NCBI RefSeq assembly: GCF_004010195.1
Contig: NC_057719.1
Coordinates: forward strand, 39,269,218-39,311,299
Direction: 5' to 3'
From: Chiloscyllium plagiosum
Taxonomy: Eukaryota
DNA: 42,082 nt
A program made the translations under genes and the position numbers. The notes under the pieces were generated by a model. It did no database searches. It had not been told where the DNA came from and saw nothing but the letters and a program-made list of their open reading frames with translations. Below are positions 11,571 through 24,037 of this stretch, piece after piece (positions within the stretch are counted from its first letter, which is position 1; every line of letters begins with the position of its first letter).

Positions 11571-11789
11571 TGAAACTTTATTGCTGGTACAGCACAGCAG
11601 GTCAGGCAGCATCCAGGGAACAGGAGATTCGACGTTTCGGGCACAGGCCCTTCTTCAGGATTCCTGAAGAAGGGCCTGTGCCCGAAACGTCGAATCTCCT
11701 GTTCCCTGGATGCTGCCTGACCTGCTGTGCTGTACCAGCAATAAAGTTTCAACTTTGATCTCCAGCATCTGCAGACCTCACTTTCTCCC
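11571..11789. mobile_element. Perfectly palindromic PLE-derived mini-element (family A) with 15-bp TSD
   Basis: 90-bp inverted arms 11571-11660 / 11662-11751 around a single T, plus an unpaired ~37-bp tail to 11788. TSD cattttcttgattat at 11557-11571 and 11790-11804. Confidence 0.9.
11658..11697 (+). ncRNA. Minimal type I hammerhead ribozyme (family A)
   Basis: Stem I GGATTC (11658-63) / GAATCT (11692-97); core CTGAAGA (11664-70); stem II GGGC-ctgt-GCCC; GAAA (11684-87); palindromic ACGT stem III; GUC cleavage triplet ending at 11691. Confidence 0.75.
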
Positions 11790-11855
11790 CATTTTCTTGA
11801 TTATATCAAATACTAAACAAATGGACATTAAATACAGAAATACTACAACTGCAAT

Positions 11856-12561
11856 GCAATTTTTTAAATGCTTTTTCAGGTTGACAGGATTGTTTTGAGT
11901 TCCAAGGTTTCCAAGTTTCTGACTCAACACTCCTCTTACTGTAACTGCTGTAGGATTAACTGTAGTGGAGGGCACTGCTCACTGTTTTTGTTCAAGTGAA
12001 ATGATCTCACTTTCATTCAGTATATGAGTCAGCTTCATCCAAATATACACTTCAGTGATTTACACTTTAAATTCAATGACTGAAAAATCTGTTTTTGTAC
12101 CTCTGATTCTCACATAGCCAGTGGTGATTAACTTGAAACTGCCAGATTTTTAGGTCAAAGAGATGTGCTATTTGACTTGGAGATTATATTGCTTATTAGC
12201 ATATAGGCAATTTTTTAAATGCTTTTTTTCAGGTTGACAGGACTGTTTTGAGTTCCAAGGTTTCCAAGTTTCTGACTCAACACTCCTTTTACTGTAACTG
12301 CTGTAGGATTAACTGTAGTGGAGGGCATTGCTCACTGTATTTGTTCAAGTGAAATGATCTCACTTTCATTCAGTATGTGAGTCAGCTTCATCCAAATATA
12401 CACTTCAGTGATTTACACTTTAAATTCAATGACTGAAAAATCTGTTTTTGTACCTCTAATTCTCACATAACCAGTGGTGATTAACTTGAAACTGCCAGAT
12501 TTTTAGGCCAAAGAGATGTGCTATTTGACTTGGAGATTATATTGCTTATTAGCATATAGGC
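11856..12561. repeat. Direct tandem duplication, two copies of about 351-353 bp
   Basis: Copy 1 11856-12206, copy 2 12207-12561. By eye 8 substitutions and one 2-nt poly-T length difference. Confidence 0.92.
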
Positions 12562-13104
12562 TCTTCCGTGAATACTTACAGGCTGCCACCTTCTCTGCCT
12601 TGCATTGCTCTTTTGCACTGAGACTGAGGTAGGGAGTTTATCACTATGCAAGCACTGAAGAGTCAAGGGGTGGAATGTCTCTGCATGGCAATGTCACACC
12701 TCCAGCACATGCCAATAGTTTATGAGGCAAACACAATGCATGTGCTTCAACCAAAATGACATGCCTGAAAGTCAAAAGGAGTCCTTCGTAAGGTGAAAGG
12801 AGACATTGGTCAGTTGGGGTATCACCACATTCAGTTAAAAGACTCAGCTGATTCTAGTCAAGGACGTTGGTGATATTCAGTCAGGTACTTGATTGGGCCA
12901 ATGTCTGGGGACCTACGTCCTTCGAATCCAGGGATTGAGCCACAGTCAGTCCAGTAGATCAACTGCAACCACTCTGGGGGTCACCAATGCATCAGGTGGG
13001 GAGCTGTGGAGATATCAGCCGGGGAGTAAGCCGTATTCAGTTCAGGGTGTCATCAAAATCAGACGGCTTATGGTCCATGATTAATTCTGGGGATTAAATG
13101 ACCT

Positions 13105-13205
13105 CATTCCTGATGAAGGGCTTTTGCCTGAAATGTCAATTTCCCTGCACCTTGGATGCTGGCTGACCTGCTGTCCTTTTCCAGCACCACCCTAATCTGG
13201 ACTCA
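13105..13205 (+). mobile_element. PLE 3' fragment (family A) with degenerate hammerhead
   Basis: cattcctgatgaagggcttttgcctgaaatgtc...ggatgctggctgacctgctgtccttttccagcacc. Confidence 0.7.
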
Positions 13206-14364
13206 TTTATTTAAAGCACCATTCATGACCAGCAGCAGTAGCAGAGAAAGAACAGCAGCACCAACAAATTGGGCCTAATGTTTGAGGTTTGATGTTGGTG
13301 AACAAGTACAATTTCTGTCAAACTCATTTTTGAAGCAAATTGTTAACATAACATTAGGGGATTTGCATAGTAGGAGCAATAAATAAGACCACTGCTTTTG
13401 GAGCAGCTGGAGAGAGTCTTTCTTCTTACCTTCAAGAATATAAATCAAATACACAAAGGGATTTCCTGGGTAATGACACTAGCCTTACAAAATCAAACTT
13501 GAAACTTTACTACTGTTTAAATCTCAGTCATGACTCAAATGGCAGCACTTTCATCTGAGTCAAATGGTTGTGGAATGCAGCCCGCACCAGGAACTTCACA
13601 ACAGAACAATACAAACTCCACCTTATGAAGTGCAACGTTTGTTAGAGCCTTCATTGACTTTTCATTATTCTTAATTTATACTTTTATCAATTTTGGTTTT
13701 GAACTGTAAACTGGGAACTGTGAGCTAAAGATGATTTTTGGACTGTGGATAGTAGCTTGTGTTAAAAGGAAAACAGACAAAACAAATTTTTCTTTATTTG
13801 TGAGACCAGCCTGAAGTTAATTGCAGGTTGGTTCCTGATAATAAGGTTCTGCTGACACTTTGTCACCAGTGAAGAGCATTATGTTTAAACAGATAACAGA
13901 AGCTGGCTATTAACAAGGTCAGTACCTAAGATTTGGATCCAGCAAGTCTGGAAAAGACCTTATATTCAAGCAGATGGCAGATGTTGAATGGTAACTGGGA
14001 CCTCGTACAGGAGGTGCTCAGCCGGTCAGGCAGCACCCAGAGTTTGAATTGGGTTTTCAACAAGCATTCTTTGTTAAAAAGGAATCTGGCTGTTGAGGCT
14101 ACAGTTTGAAGGTATGTATTACTGCTTTTATCTGAGTGCTGAAAAGGTGATCCTGATTGACATCTTCAGAAAATCAACAAAAGTCCATGAAAACCATTTA
14201 AGTAATCAAGCCAGTTTTATTATTTTCTTTTATTTGTCTCTTAACTATGTTTGTTTGTCTGTCTGTCTTGTGTGAAACAAACATTCTTGCGTTTAAAGCA
14301 TGGACAAATTAGTTTAGTTTATTGTTTATTTTTTGCTGTACTAAAGTTGCCGTATTGCTAATTT

Positions 14365-14597
14365 TGGGGGTCAGTTAGCTCAGTTGGCTGGACAGTTGGG
14401 TTGTGATACAGAGCGGCGCCAGTGATGTGGATGCAATTCCAGCTGAAGTTACCATGAAGAACATTCCTACTCAGCATCTCCCTTTGCCCGAGATGCGGTA
14501 ACCTTCAGGTTAAATCACCCCCCCCATACTCCACATGTCTTTCTCTAATGGAACAGAAACCCTATGATGTGGAAACACTATAGTGATTTTACCTTTG
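14365..14597 (+). mobile_element. tRNA-derived SINE (not HE1)
   Basis: tRNA-like head ggggtcagttagctcagttgg (A box) with degenerate B box; near-TSD tattgctaat (14353) / tattgttaat (14599). Confidence 0.55.
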
Positions 14598-14784
14598 ATA
14601 TTGTTAATAAATTGCTAAGGTCTTTTTTTTTTAAATACAAACCAGGATCTGGAATTCGCAGAATCTGGGATAGGTTATTCAAAAGGTCTGCTTAAGAACA
14701 CTGGGTCAACTTTGAGGGTCTATGAAGGTTTTAATTTTATGGTGTTATAAATACAGAGTTGAGTTGGTTTAGCTGTCTGTGTGT

Positions 14785-15135
14785 CAAAAAGTGTGGCACT
14801 GAAAAAGCACAGCAGGTCAGGAGGGTGGAGCAGATAGGTGGGAAGGATGGTGGGCAGATAGGACAGTGCAAGAGGGCTGTGCCAAGTTGAAAGGTTGGAT
14901 CTGGGATGAGGTGAGGGAAGGGGAGATTTGGAAACTGGTGAAGTCTAATGTTGATGCCGTGTGGTTGAAGGGTCCCAAGGTGGAAGATGAGGTGTTCTTC
15001 GTCCAGTTGTCGGATGACTTGGACTTGGCAGTGGCGGTGGCCCAGGACTTCATGTCTTTGGGGGAGTGGGGGACAGAGTTGAAGTGGTCGGCCACAGGAT
15101 GGTGGAGTTGTTTGTGTCTGTCTCTGTGGCCTAAC
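14785..15135 (-). mobile_element. PLE fragment encoding the C-terminus of the GIY-YIG endonuclease region
   Basis: Minus-strand frames give HPVADHFNSVPHSPKDM and LDEEHLIFHLGTLQPHGINI, matching the PLE protein at 28604-28870. Confidence 0.75.
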
Positions 15136-15504
15136 ACATCAATGGCATCTGACTCTATCACCTCCAGTTAAAAATTACTGGACAGTGGTGATATATATTC
15201 AAGCTTCTCCAATGGTTCTATTTTAGCTAACCCCATAACTAAAAGTAACTAAAGTAACTCACTCCCCCATATCATTTAAGTGTAAAAATTCACCACCAAA
15301 TCAGACCATGCCACTGATCTAACTATCAAAATACTTCATTCTTCTAGCACTGTGAAATAAAAGGACAATTCATAGAACACCTCCATAATTTTATATACTC
15401 AAAGTTTATTAATGTGTTGTCTAGTAAGGAAGGGAGGATTTGTCGCTATAACTGAATATATTTTACTAAAGAGTTATATAGAATTTGTATGAAAAGCATT
15501 TTAC

Positions 15505-15785
15505 ACAGGTGACTGTGTGTGGAGCTGGCCAAAGCTCCATGTCTGTGTGGGTTTCCACTGGGTGCTCCGCTTCCTCCCACAGCCCAAGGATGTGCAAGGT
15601 AGGTGGATTGGCCATGCTAAGTCACCCATAATGTCAGGGATGTGCAGGCTAGGTGGATTAACCATTGTTAATGTGTGGTTATGGGCATAGGGTGAGGGGG
15701 TAGATCTGGGTGGGATGATCTTTGGAGGGTCAGTGCAGACCCGATGGGCCGAATGGCCTCTTTCCACACTGTACGGATTCTATAA
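15505..15785 (+). mobile_element. HE1/V-SINE, 5' truncated
   Basis: gtgactgtgtgtggag...tgggtttccactgggtgctccgcttcctcccacagcccaaggatgtgca core and CR1-like 3' tail. Confidence 0.8.
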
Positions 15786-16199
15786 GACTGTAGAATATTA
15801 AGGATTTTATTAAAATGTACAATAAACTATATTTGTGTTTACAATCTAAATAATTTGTATATCCACAAAAAAATGTAGAACATTTTTCCAAAACTAATAA
15901 ATTTGGCAGTGTTACACAGGGTAGTTAAGCTCTAATGTAGTCTTTGTGAAAAGTAGTATATGCTTCTATATGCTGAGTGGGCAGAGTAGGGGATGGTAAC
16001 AGGAAATTGGATCAGTGAACTTAATAATTCACTAGCATTATAAAGTCCAATATTCTTATCCTTATTTTGAATAATACTTTAGTTTTTTTTCTTACTAATA
16101 AAATATCCGGCAGTTTAAAAATGAAAAAGAGAGTTGGTTGATGCAGGGGACTTCCACTGAAATCCATGTCCAGGAGTTGAGTGAGATATAACTCAACAA

Positions 16200-16385
16200 C
16201 CAGGTGCTCCGGTTTCCTCCCACAATCCAAAAACGTGCAGGTTAGGTGAATTGGCTATGCTAAATTGCCCGTAGTGTTAGGTGAAGGGGTAAATGTAGGG
16301 GAATGGGTCTGGGTGGGTTGCGCTTTGGCCGGTCGGTGTGAACTTGTTGGGACGAAGGGCCTGTTTCCACACTAAGTAATCTAAA
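16200..16385 (+). mobile_element. HE1/V-SINE 3' half
   Basis: caggtgctccggtttcctcccacaatccaaaaacgtgcaggttagg...gaagggcctgtttccacact. Confidence 0.8.
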
Positions 16386-16726
16386 AAAAAAAACCATCAC
16401 TGACGGAAGTGAGTAATTGCAATTTGACAAGTAGTGTTGGGGGTGGGTGGTAGTGCAGATGGATATTACCACGCATTTTTGCCACCAAAGAAGTTAAGTT
16501 ACAGACATACTGAAATATTGTTAAACTGTCCAAGATTTCCTCCTAGTGGTTTGATGCAAAATTGGCTGACATCAAAACATAGTCAATAATGGATTAGAGG
16601 TAATCAGTTCTATTATAATCAGAAACAACTAACTAATGTAACCACTGTATTATTTTAAAAATCCATTATTTCAAAGGTATACCTATAAAATCAATCTGAC
16701 AATGTTAAAAAATATTTGTACCATAC

Positions 16727-16931
16727 CTTGACATGGTAGAACATTTTTTCTATTAGCTCATCACATTCCTTGGTTTGCACTTTCCTAAGTACAGCCAAAC
16801 ATTTTCTAAAATCATCAGTATCATTGTGTGATAGTTCTGTCAGAAAACATCTGAAGTGAATGCAACTTTGTACAATCTCCATTCTTTCTCTGCAGGATAA
16901 ATCTTTGGACTTCTTGATATGTTCTTGATAA
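16727..16931 (-). CDS. Sec6/EXOC3-family gene, coding exon 6
   Basis: Acceptor TTTTTTTTGTCCTTGAAG|, donor AAG|GTATGG, 205 nt, phase 2/0. (S)YQEHIKKSKDLSCRERMEIVQSCIHFRCFLTELSHNDTDDFRKCLAVLRKVQTKECDELIEKMFYHVK. Confidence 0.87.
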
Positions 16932-17622
16932 CTTCAAGGACAAAAAAAACAAGAATATAGCATTTTATTCTAAGAATATGAACTTTAAAAGCACCATTAT
17001 TCAAACAAAATATTGTTTGAGTGATAAATATGTTCCAAAATTTCTCATTATACTTGAAGAATCATGCCCTTGTGTGCATGAATTTCTGCTGTCATTGGCA
17101 GGAAGAACTCCATAATATTATTTTCCAAACATTTGAGAATGAGTTGTTGGTAAGAAGCAGACGATTTGATGTGATAATGGAATATTTCTTACTGTAGAGT
17201 TAAATTGGAACTTAAAACTAATGGAAACTATTGAAAATTAAATTGAAATTCAGCATAGTAATAGTTTTGTACAATTGTACATTTCAGGAAAATAAAATAA
17301 ATTTAGCCTTGCAAAAGTTCTTTTGTGAGTTTTAGAGATTGTTTTAAACTTTATTTTTGTCCCAAGTTGTTTTCCAGTTCCCTCTGCCTGCAATGTTTTT
17401 GCCTGCTCTTGTTGATCTGTTTATCTGTAAACAATATATCTCAAAAACTAATGGATAAATTTCAACAAAATCTTTGCACACAGATAGAAGAAGAACTGAT
17501 TTGTTTTTTTTTTGGTGAAATAGCAAATCCAGATCCTTGAATTTTTGAAAGTAATCATTATCATTCAGCAATAGAACAAATTTACTGTTATTTAGAATGC
17601 TATGGATTGTTTTATTTATAAT

Positions 17623-18454
17623 TGTTGAGACTATTGCTTTTTTAAAATTTTTCTCTTTTTTTTGGTTTGGAATTGAGAGTTGAGGTTACGTGTTGAACTT
17701 CAAACACCTGCTTATTTTAAAGGAGAAGCACACAAACGCAGGTGTTTGCTGTTGGGAACAAGCCTTGAAGATAATGCAAATTATTTTTCTAAGGATGCTG
17801 CAGGCAAATTGGCACTAAGCTGCTGCTTTGCTCAGGGATGGCAGTTGGATGGATGTTGAATTCAGTGCTAACCATCCAACAGCATAGAATGCTGGTTTTA
17901 AAAAAGGCTCTAATTGTGTTTTTTGCAGGAGATGGAGTGATTTTGGAAAGCTTCCACATTAGTTGCATTGTTTTGCTCTCTATTGTTTGTCTTCAGTTAT
18001 CACATTGTTGAATGTTCTGAGAAAAGAATCCCAGTCTGTAAGAATGAAATATTTCTAGGAGTCTGTTGAAACTGTTTGTACTAACCAGTGACTTTTGAAT
18101 TTGAGCAAGATAACCTTCTATATGCTGAGAATAATTCAAAGACCAAGGATTTTGAGAAGCCTGGTATTCATTATATGAAACTATTTAGTTAAACTGAAAA
18201 ATTACAATTTTTAAAAAATATATCCCTTAACTGGATCTGTCTGTCTGCCTATATGCAAGTTGGTGTTATGATCAAACAAGATTGGGTTTATATTATAGAT
18301 ATTAAGTTGTAACCTTGGTGTACAAGATGTGTTAGTCTGGGTTAGGAACAATTGGCTAATGTTGAGGATGATTTAATGTCTTTATTTCACTTTATTTTAC
18401 GAATTCAGTGATAGTGGGGCTGATTTAGTTTGACTGGCTGTTTCTGTTATAACA
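17623..18454. mobile_element. Possible old solo LTR-like element
   Basis: Bounded by TGTT...AACA with imperfect 4-bp flanks (taat/caat); no coding evidence. Confidence 0.25.
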
Positions 18455-19223
18455 CAATGTTATTGATTGGTTTAGAATATTGTGGATTGCCTCAGTTGCT
18501 ATGATGTAATTTGTCACAGCTATCAAAATGTGAGCAGAGTTGTCACAGCAAGTTGCAGGATGTGGATTGACCTGAAGCCTCCTCACTCAGATGGAATCTC
18601 TAATAAAAATAATTTTTTGTCTTCAGTTTTGTCAAGAAAGACCTGAATTATCATAACAACATTGAGTTAGCACAGTGTGAGAGAGGCATGTGTTTGGCTG
18701 ATTGTCTTCCTCATATTATTTGATGAATTAAGTGTGACAAAACCAAATTTAAAAAGGATAGTGGGCAGAAATTTACAGGGGTGTGGATTTGTAGGCAAGT
18801 CAACTGATATACACTCTAAGTTTATTTTCTTCTGTACAAACCCCCAAGTTCAGTCTGTGGCAGGGATCTCTGAATTTGGAAGTCAATGCTGGAAACCATG
18901 TGGGCACACTGATTGGCATATGTAGATGCTCAGTGTGGCTGCACGGCCAGACTAATTAGTGCAGAACAGAATGCTTATTCCAACCAGATAATACTGGAGT
19001 CAGTTGAGCTTTTAACAAGCGTAACTGACCCTTAATTATTTAGATATGGACAGATTTTGGCAGGTGTCCATCCTCCCTATTAGGGAGTAAACTCAATTTT
19101 GGATGAGAAAATAGTGGGCTGGTAACTGTCCTAGTTAAGTGTCTTTCCCCCAGCTACTGAAATCCCACTACACAGGGGCATGTAATATCCATACTATGGT
19201 TTCAGACAGAGCAATGATCTTAC

Positions 19224-19324
19224 CTCAGTAAGAAATCAAGCAGTTGAGCAGCACAAACACTTTTAATTCTCAATGCTATTGCTTCACTGATGTGTTCAGC
19301 TTTTTTTATGAAATAGTTCATGTC
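19224..19324 (-). CDS. Sec6/EXOC3-family gene, coding exon 5
   Basis: Acceptor TTTTTGTTGCACACACAG|, donor GAG|GTAAGA, 101 nt, phase 0/2. DMNYFIKKAEHISEAIALRIKSVCAAQLLDFLL(S) resembles the EXOC3 'AAQISEDL...CLQQMNSFL' segment. Confidence 0.88.
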
Positions 19325-21486
19325 CTGTGTGTGCAACAAAAAGGGTTTATAAAACCAAAAACCTTTGAGCAAATCTTTTTAATAACTAAACAAAGTTTTT
19401 CCTGGCATATTGATGAATACAGTGAATAAAAGTAATTGAAAGGTAAATAAAATTGGATGGCTATGTTAGCAACAAAAGAAAATGTATTAATATCTCCCTG
19501 GATACAACATTTCCCTCTCTGGAGGTCACAATTGAGATGGCCAGAAAGGAAAATAATTGGCTGAGCTAGCCCTGGAGAAAAAACTCCTCTCCTTCTTGCT
19601 GTCTTAACAAATAAGTGCAGGATGACAGGGCCATAATGCCTTTCTGATTGCCAGCTATTAAGGCTATCACACAATCAAGTAATGTCCATTTAAGGGCCTC
19701 AACTTGCCACCTCGTTAGTGGGTGAGAAAGGTAATTTATTTCTCAACTGGGAAATCATGGTGACCTGCCTGCCAAATTGAGGTGGACTACCTCTAACTGT
19801 CTAATCTGGAGGCAATCAGAGGCATGAATGTCTCTCAGAAAGCCACATGTCCTTATCTGACTCCTCCTGACCATGTTCCTTTCCTGCACCCTACTTTATG
19901 ACAAGGAGATAAAAATGACAACTTCTTGCTGCTGATTTCTCCCAGGAAGTATGCCTTGACCAGTGAACATCAGGTTGCTGATTGACCAACAGCTTCTGGA
20001 GATTCGTGTTGAGGCCTTTGATAGGGTGAGAAACTGACCCTTACTCAGCTGTGAGCTTTTAATGGGCTGACTGGCAGGCAATACTGTGACTTACCTCACA
20101 CCTAAGGCTGGCATGTTAGTCACCATTTAATACTTTTCTATGAATTAGACAAATGTTTTAACTGTCCTACATACTTGGGTAACTCATCTCTGTTCACTGC
20201 AAAGTGTTCATTAAAATATTACTTGCCAAATGGATTTAGTAACAATTCATGAATGTTTCCATTTATGAAAATATAGGAGTAGAATTCAGATAGAGTTAGC
20301 AAATACACTGAAATTTAGGCAGAAACCAAATCCATCACATTCCAATTCTGTTGATTAGGGGATACAATTCTGTCAATGGTGAAACACCACACTTTTACCC
20401 ACACCCTTACAGCAATTTGAAGTGTATCCAGAGTGGCAGGAAATCTGCCACATATACTTTCAATGTGGCTAGTGGGACCTATTCTGCAGAAAGTATGCAC
20501 AAAAGTCAAAGTTTTAGACCACATAAAAGAATAAAATGAAAATGCAGAATAAAATGCAGTCGAATTGGTGTCCTTTTGACTCAAGGCACACCAACATTGG
20601 ACAAAACGTACCTTCCGCCTTCACTTCAATTGTCTTGTTGAAACCTTTCAGATTGGGAGGGTGCTTTTTGATACCACATTAAGGACTTTGAATCTGATAA
20701 GCCACTGCTTATCCTTTAGGATTTGGAATGAAGTTAAACAGGTCAACATTAAGCAATGAACAAGAGTTTTACTCCACCAGTTTTCCTCATGGTTCAATGA
20801 ATGTGTCACAATTTCTACCGTATAATTCTTACCTTTCATGAACTATATATTTTAGTGGAGATCCTGTATTTCCATACCATTAGGGCTGTTTTTAATCTCT
20901 TTGCCCAGCAGAAACATACAATCTGAGTTAAAATGCTAGTCAGAGGTAGTGTGCTACATTCCCACTCCAATCAACATTAACAAATTTTCATTGAAAGTTT
21001 AACGAGAATTTGGGTACTGAAGACTTAAGTTTTGCGTACATGAATATGCACAATTACATATTCATATCAGTGCAAAGTTAATCACTCATCTTTTAATGCA
21101 GACTTAGCATATCATTTATGCTAAAAAAAAGACCAGCATTTACTACCCTTAGTTACTGAGGAGGTGTAGTGAATTCTTCTCAAACCACAGAAAGCAGTTT
21201 GATATAACCAGTTGGCTGGTTAGGCTACTTCAGAGGGCAGGTAAGAGGCAACCTATGTTTCAGTCTAATTAAATAGTGTGATGTTTAACTATTTTAATAT
21301 AGATATTCAATGTAAATCAGTGGAAATGGATGTTGAACATTAGGATTTTATGCTTGAACCAGATAATGTTTACATTACAAATCCAGTTAGAATTAACATG
21401 ATTCGAGCACTTATGAAAATGTACAAAATATAGAATAACATTTCTTGGTAGACACAATTATTGTATATAATTGAATAAATACCTAC

Positions 21487-21567
21487 CTGTTTGATTTTAG
21501 CTGGCAGCTGTGACCATGTCACGTCTTCCATTTTAAGACTTCTTGATAGCCTTACATTGATTTCTGA
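21487..21567 (-). CDS. Sec6/EXOC3-family gene, coding exon 4
   Basis: Acceptor CATTTATTTTCAG|, donor CAG|GTAGGT, 81 nt, phase 0/0. SEINVRLSRSLKMEDVTWSQLPAKIKQ. Confidence 0.82.
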
Positions 21568-22627
21568 CTGAAAATAAATGAGTCATTCTTTCAGCCAGGC
21601 TAAAAAAGGATAGTTCCGAAATTTAAATAGTCTATACGTTTAAGTTTCAAAATTAATACAGCAAACTTCAGGAAGCACATTTCATCTAGTATTCATACTT
21701 GGGTGACAAAACATAGTGGTAAAAATTATAAAATAACTAAAGAAAATGAGTTGCTTCTTTGTGGATTCAGAGAAATTTCTCCAACACATGTATCAAGATG
21801 AAAGAGCATCCAGTTGAGATGATTGTTTACAGCAAAATGCCCAAGCAGGATTTCCACCACAGTCTAGTCTACAGCATTAGAGTGGTTCATGGCTCACTCA
21901 TTATTCAACTCCAATCCCATATTGAAATTTCCAGGATTAACTTTGCTCAATGTATCCTCAGTCATATTTCTATTTACGTATGCAAACACTCATTACTGGA
22001 TAAGAAGAGGGAAAGAGAATAGAATGTCTTCAGCTGCTTAATGGCCTAAGTGTCATTGCCAAAGTTTTCAAATTAGTAATTAGAGGCCTAACATAGCTGC
22101 AGTTATAACATTTACTTCAATCCTACTTCTACTAATAAAATGACAATTGTGTCAAAAATCTCTATTTCTCCAAGTTCTGTTACTGAATCATGCTACATAG
22201 CTGTTGACTGCTGTCTTATTACCATTCAGCAGTGCTGAACTAATAATGACAGAAACTGCTGCCAATTGATCATTAAAGTACCTTCAGAAGAATGGGAAAT
22301 TATTGCCTCTTTTATTAATTGTTGTCTTAGCCAATAGTTAATTGGATAAAAAACAAACTAATTGCAGGCCTTAAAGGAACGGATCTATTATTGCACAACT
22401 TCCACTCAAAGCCTAAGCATTAATAAATCCATTCATTTATAGTGACCAGTGTCACAGGGATCCTCAAAGTTGAAGACATTCTTATTTCTTCCCTTTACTC
22501 TGTTTCCTAATTAATTGAAAATCCCTTTTCTATGCTGGTTTGCGAGTTATAAAAAGCTTAATGAGTTCAGAGTGCAAACATTCCATTTCCAAATTTTCAA
22601 ACTATGTTTAAGATGTGTGGTGTTGCA

Positions 22628-22955
22628 GGTTTATTAACTATATCTTTTAAGAACATAAGGACATCAGAAATAGGAGCAGGAGTAGGCAATCCAGCCCCTG
22701 ATTTAGTCTCAGCTTCAACTCCACTGTCCTTACCGCTCACCATATCTTTTTACCAGTTACTAATTAAAAATCTGTCCAGCTCCTCTTTAACGTTATCCAG
22801 TTTCCTGGCATGCACCAAATTCTGGGGTAGGGAATTCCCCAGATTCATGATCATTTGAACAAAAGGATTTTTCCTTATCTCTATTTTAAATCTGCCACTG
22901 CTTCGCCTAAAACTATGATCTCTTGTTCTTGGTCGTCCGACCAGGAGAAACATAT
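22628..22955 (-). mobile_element. CR1 LINE 3' end, decayed
   Basis: Minus ORF MFLLVGRPRTRDHSFRRSSGRFKIEIRKNPFVQMIMNLGNSLPQ...LDRFL matches the CR1 ORF2 C-terminus; tail aagaacataag. Confidence 0.8.
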
Positions 22956-23402
22956 GTTGTATGTCTTTTATTGGTCTGTTTTTAAAAAGGGAAATATTTT
23001 CTGATGCAGTGCATAAGGTTCAACAACATTTAAATGTAAGGATTTACTTAATTGTTAATGCAAGAGCATCATTTCTAGGTTCTTAATACAGAAGAATTAT
23101 ATGACTTATTTCTAAAATAATTCAAGTAGCTTCATGCACTCTGATACCACTTTCGACTGTTAGTGTTGATCACATGTCAAAAAGAAAAAACAAATGGATA
23201 CAGTGTGAACTTTTTAAATCATGAATAATGAATATTTGGCTCATAATGCTTTCAAACTATAAGGGGGATACACTCATTTAAATGTGGAAAATAAATCTGG
23301 CAATTCCACACAGCAGAGAGTGCTAAGATAATACATTCTGCATTGGGAAGAATAGTTATTCTCCGTGATGTCTCCAACTAGATTTCTTTCTTTTGGCTTT
23401 AC

Positions 23403-23523
23403 CTGTACTGTGCTGATCAACTTCTCTGAAGCACTATACACACATCTGGCATCTAAAAAGGGATCTAACATTGATGCTTTCAGAGTTATATCTTTAATTT
23501 CAGGATGGCCCATGAATTCTTCA
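23403..23523 (-). CDS. Sec6/EXOC3-family gene, coding exon 3
   Basis: Acceptor TTTTTGTCTTTCAG|, donor CAG|GTAAAG, 121 nt, phase 2/0. (S)EEFMGHPEIKDITLKASMLDPFLDARCVYSASEKLISTVQ contains a family-like 'MGHPE...L.P.L' pattern. Confidence 0.88.
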
Positions 23524-23904
23524 CTGAAAGACAAAAATGTATAGGTGGCATTATGCATAAATAAGGGCTTTTCCTCATTCCATACCTTCAAGAAAAATTT
23601 TTGAAATATTTTCACTTGTTATTTTGGGGAGGATTTCTCACTGTTCTCAAGTCCCAAGTTACTCATCATTTCCTGACTGGGAATAGGAGCAGACAATCTG
23701 TCCCTACAACTGATCTAGAAAGTTCACTAATGCAGTTTTTGTGGTGTCAAATTGAATGAAAACTCAATAACCTACTAAATTACAATTATACACCTTGCAT
23801 CTAAAGTTGTTTTCTTCTATTCCCTATAATGCTCATCATTGAACTGTTACATTTTGGTTGATAAGGTTCCTGTGATACTGCTTCTTGGCATATATTGCTA
23901 AGCT

Positions 23905-24037
23905 AACAATGATGGAGATACCGGTGTTGGACTGGGATGGACAAAGTTTAAAAAACTACACAACACCAGGTTATAATCCAACAGTGCTTCCAAATAAACC
24001 TATTACAGTATAACCTGGTGTTGTGTAATTTTTAACT
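23905..24037. mobile_element. Inverted pair of PLE family B termini
   Basis: aaaaactacacaacaccaggttata ... tataacctggtgttgtgtaattttt inverted arms, matching 11125-11172. Confidence 0.65.

Noticed and set aside
11420..11758. Overlapping ORFs on both strands with identical peptides
   Set aside because: A direct consequence of the palindromic PLE insert.
13640..14752. Second solo LTR-like element around the 14365 SINE
   Set aside because: TG start is present but the terminus and TSD could not be established.
20611..20693. Extra exon with donor AAG|GTACGT
   Set aside because: Stops in all three frames, and the flanking exons already join in phase.
22020..22460. Possible conserved non-coding enhancer rich in TAAT/CAATT motifs
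   Set aside because: Cannot be distinguished from AT-rich background without cross-species alignment.
23274..23615. Whole 113-aa ORF as coding
   Set aside because: Only 23403-23523 is bounded by splice sites and phase-compatible; the flanks are intronic read-through.
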